Shown: positions 61,452 through 64,000 of the stretch, piece by piece
How positions within the stretch are numbered: the first letter of the stretch is position 1
How the letters are laid out: the number at the start of each line of letters is the position of its first letter
Source: a bacterium
Lineage (GTDB): Bacteria > Zhuqueibacterota > Zhuqueibacteria > Residuimicrobiales > Oceaniaggregativiventaceae
NCBI GenBank assembly: GCA_029565675.1
Contig: JAKQNP010000003.1
Location: forward strand, 79,197 to 143,196
Reading direction: 5' to 3'
Length of the DNA: 64,000 nt
Made by a program: the position numbers and the translations under genes
The notes under the pieces: model-generated
Databases searched by the model: none
What the model was told of the DNA's origin: nothing
What the model saw: only the letters and a program-made list of their open reading frames with translations

Positions 61452-62564
61452 TTACCGAGTTGACCTCAAATAATTTTCGAACGACTCTTTTGGTGCCCGG
61501 TTTTGATAAAAGACACCCCAGTGTTTTTCGATTTCATTGGGTGGCGAATTCTCTCCTCCGCCCTTCCAGGGCTCATCAAAAGCCTCGAATAAAAACGTCG
61601 TGACCCTGGTCGCATTGACCCAGTCATTGTGCATCTGCAAGTATCTCTCCTGAGCGGCCAGCCCGATCTCTCCTTTTATCAATGTGCCCTGTTCACCTGC
61701 TCCTTTTTTTTCAATATTGTAATCCGTAGCCCAGCCCGTCTCACCCAGCACTATCGGCTGACCCGGAAATTTGCTGCGGATATCCCGAAAGGTGCTGTCC
61801 ATCCAGCCGATCGCAGTGTCGAGGGTTTTGCCGTTCCACAAGGGGTAGATATGGGTGACGAGGAAATCGACTTCCTCCGCCACCCGTTTGGCTTCCATTT
61901 TGTTCCAAAAATTGTAATCATCGGCGGTGGTGACGGGCTGATGTGTGTGCGCCCGGACTGCCCGGATATAGCGGATCAGATCTTCTGTTTCCATCCTATG
62001 CCCGGACCAGAAAACCTGCGTTTCATTGCCGACACTGATCGCCATAACGATCTCCTCGAACCGATTCGCCAGTTCGATCCCGCGCAGGACATTTCGAATG
62101 TTGGCCTGTTTTTGTTCCAGGTGGTTGGTTTCGTTCTCCAGCCAGATACCGAGCATCATTCGGATGGGCAATCGCTCATCGTGGATAACTTGAAGAATAC
62201 GCTCAGTGTCATCGTCTGCATTGTAAACCCGGACCAGATTCCAGTATTTAGCAATAATCTTCAAATCTTCCCGAACCTCTTCCGTAGTCGGTCCTTTTTT
62301 TCCCGGTTCCTGGCCTTCTCGGTAACACCCGTATGAAACCGCATTGCCGATCCATTTTCCGGAAAGATAGGGATAAAACATTCGATATTCAAAAGGCTCC
62401 AGGCGATTCTGGACCTGACTCGATTCAAGACTTTTGCCGAGTTTTGCCATTGTGGTCATTTTCTCTCTTGTTCCCCATTCGACTTCATCTCCGCTTTTTC
62501 CACAAGCACACAGGAAAACCGCCAAAAGTGCTGAAGCGAATAAAGGCATGTTTGGTCTACTCAT
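61452..62564 (-). CDS. Glycoside hydrolase family 17-like beta-1,3-glucanase/glucanosyltransferase, lipoprotein
   Basis: AISVGNETQ (acid/base Glu in a GNE motif) and IVLGETGWAT (nucleophile Glu in an ETGW motif). Lipobox LLAVFLCACG. Start at the ATG after an AAGGGG SD (ORF-track 62597). Confidence 0.75.
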   Translation of the reverse strand: MSRPNMPLFASALLAVFLCACGKSGDEVEWGTREKMTTMAKLGKSLESSQVQNRLEPFEYRMFYPYLSGKWIGNAVSYGCYREGQEPGKKGPTTEEVREDLKIIAKYWNLVRVYNADDDTERILQVIHDERLPIRMMLGIWLENETNHLEQKQANIRNVLRGIELANRFEEIVMAISVGNETQVFWSGHRMETEDLIRYIRAVRAHTHQPVTTADDYNFWNKMEAKRVAEEVDFLVTHIYPLWNGKTLDTAIGWMDSTFRDIRSKFPGQPIVLGETGWATDYNIEKKGAGEQGTLIKGEIGLAAQERYLQMHNDWVNATRVTTFLFEAFDEPWKGGGENSPPNEIEKHWGVFYQNRAPKESFENYLRSTR

Positions 62565-62593
62565 TTTTCCCCTTACGCATCGGGAGCCGCCGA

Positions 62594-63808
62594 TCAATTT
62601 TGCTCTATTCGGGTTACGGAAACATACTCGATTTTGATATATTGGTCATGGACCCGTTCCTTCCCTTCTCCCACAATGTAGGAACGGCAATTCTGCAGCG
62701 CATTTTCCGTCGCATCGAACTCGCGACCAGCCCATTTGCCGCATAGCGTGACATTGAATATCATCTTCAAGTTCAGAAAAATACATGCGGTGCTCGAATC
62801 GCAATGGCTGCATTGCCATTGCTGGTGCAGTTCGCTGTCGCAGGTGGTCTCTGTTTCCAGCAGCTGCACCTGATTCTTCAACACATCATCTGTCCACTGG
62901 TCGGGACACGGTGTTTGACTGAGCGGACCACCGTCTTTACGGACATCACCATCCGGTGTCCAATAGTAAAACCGGATCGCGTCGCTTTCCCACAGGCACG
63001 CAAACGTGCCCTCCGGATGATCCACCTCATAGGGTTTGCCGCTGCATCCAGCGTTTGGATCGGTGGATTGGGCATTGGCGCAATTGATAATCTCGCCCTC
63101 ATGATTCCATTCGGAATCACACATTTGTGGACAGGCATGGATCGTGTTATGGATGATATTGCTTCCATTGATGGTTTCAATGATGTCGATCTCACCTGCT
63201 GCCGGCCAATCGGTGCCATTAACTGCACTCGGAGTATCATAGAAATGCCCCTGACCCGAAAGTCTGTCCAGATCTGCATCAGTGACGACCCTTTCCGTGT
63301 TCCGGTAGGTCCAGCTGTCCTGGTTGCTGCCATTCAGCCACCAGGCTGGCCAGATACCCTTACCTGAGGGAAATTTGCCTTTGAAAACAAACAAAATGCC
63401 CGTGTTGTCCCGGTTAAGATTGTAGCAGGCCTTTGTCGTCAATCTGAATGAATCGAATAAATGATCATCCTGACGCGCTTTGATGTAAAGGTAAAGCCCA
63501 TCCCCGGCTACGAGATCGATCAGGTCCTTATTCAGCCATTTTTTTCGATCATATACGACATCACCCTGCGTTGGGTCATTGTGGGGAAAAGTGGTAAAAA
63601 AATGCTTCGCGAGATCCGATCGTGTGAGGGATGAGTCGGCAAAATCCAGGGTGAAATAGCGATTCTCCATGGATTCGAGCCGGGAAGGCGCTGCAGGTCT
63701 TTTTCTCGGGTAAGCACAGGACAACAGACTGCTGGACCCAAAACATGCTGCCAATAAAACCGCTGCTGCCGCCCTTTTTATCCGCATTTTGATCATCGGG
63801 TTGTGCAC
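62594..63808 (-). CDS. Glycoside hydrolase family 16 (laminarinase-like beta-1,3(4)-glucanase), lipoprotein
   Basis: GEIDIIE = ExDxxE GHh16 catalytic motif, preceded by WPAWWLNG. Lipobox LLAACFGSSSLLSCA. The ORF-track start is GTG and ATGs at 63796/63787 are alternatives. 4-bp overlap with the GH17 gene. Confidence 0.8.
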   Translation of the reverse strand: MHNPMIKMRIKRAAAAVLLAACFGSSSLLSCAYPRKRPAAPSRLESMENRYFTLDFADSSLTRSDLAKHFFTTFPHNDPTQGDVVYDRKKWLNKDLIDLVAGDGLYLYIKARQDDHLFDSFRLTTKACYNLNRDNTGILFVFKGKFPSGKGIWPAWWLNGSNQDSWTYRNTERVVTDADLDRLSGQGHFYDTPSAVNGTDWPAAGEIDIIETINGSNIIHNTIHACPQMCDSEWNHEGEIINCANAQSTDPNAGCSGKPYEVDHPEGTFACLWESDAIRFYYWTPDGDVRKDGGPLSQTPCPDQWTDDVLKNQVQLLETETTCDSELHQQWQCSHCDSSTACIFLNLKMIFNVTLCGKWAGREFDATENALQNCRSYIVGEGKERVHDQYIKIEYVSVTRIEQN

Positions 63809-63822
63809 TTGCCTTTGATTCC

Positions 63823-64000
63823 TTACAATTGAACCTGAATGGTTTGCACCGAATTGGACGCAATCGTGATGGGTGCATATTGGCCGCCAATTTGCAAATT
63901 GAACAGAATGGGTTTTACGGTCGTGTTTAAAAGCTGAACACTCAGCAATTTATGGCTATCGACGGTGGCACAGGCATGCAAGGCATCGGCATCCAGATCG
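63823..64000 (-). CDS. 3' end (59 codons) of a gene whose body lies beyond the window end; function unknown
   Basis: An open frame from the window edge to TAA (complement of 63823-63825). The C-terminus reads ...SNSVQTIQVQL. Confidence 0.3.
   Translation of the reverse strand, partial: DLDADALHACATVDSHKLLSVQLLNTTVKPILFNLQIGGQYAPITIASNSVQTIQVQL

Noticed and set aside
1-64000. Looked for tRNA/rRNA genes, CRISPR repeats, integrase/transposase or phage genes, restriction-modification or other defence modules
   Set aside because: No T-loop-like GGTTCGAATCC motifs, no regularly spaced direct repeats, and no recombinase or nuclease-ATPase signatures were found by eye. The only nuclease-like gene is the housekeeping-type small HNH protein at 10830-11333.

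Overview
This 64 kb window is a bacterial chromosomal segment of about 50-55% GC. It most likely comes from an uncultivated member of the Fibrobacteres-Chlorobi-Bacteroidetes (FCB) group. Two things support that guess: at least five proteins end in a type IX secretion system (T9SS) C-terminal sorting domain (N/Y-PNPFNP ... K/R end), and a lapA-lapB (LPS assembly) pair indicates a diderm envelope. The left third (1-12.7 kb, minus strand) is a housekeeping block: an M1 peptidase, a TPR-SPOR protein, lapB, lapA, rpsA, ispH, cmk, rluB-like, scpB, scpA, an HNH endonuclease and accA. The rest is accessory in character. It holds an unusual GT2/phosphoglycosyltransferase-like fusion and a GH127 gene converging on an alkaline phosphatase. 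Next come small membrane proteins, a secreted nitroreductase, DUF1684, a HEAT-repeat protein, two tandem paralogous Kelch-propeller T9SS cargo genes, topA, wecB and an FG-GAP propeller T9SS cargo. The most interesting unit is a putative synthase-dependent exopolysaccharide locus at 34.4-41.7 kb. It comprises a 1658-aa multidomain polysaccharide-modifying protein, a processive GT2 synthase and a small secreted, aromatic-rich protein. Further right are M2 and M16 peptidases and a lower-GC islet of small zinc-ribbon and membrane proteins flanked by related palindromes. An outer-membrane beta-barrel gene is paired with a 1182-aa DUF11-repeat surface protein. The window ends with an SRPBCC gene carrying an in-frame TAA, a third Kelch T9SS protein and a beta-glucan cluster (triple-repeat T9SS cargo, GH17, GH16). 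No tRNA, rRNA, CRISPR array, integrase or transposase was recognised. Every family call rests on motifs read by eye from the six-frame translations and none has been checked against a database.
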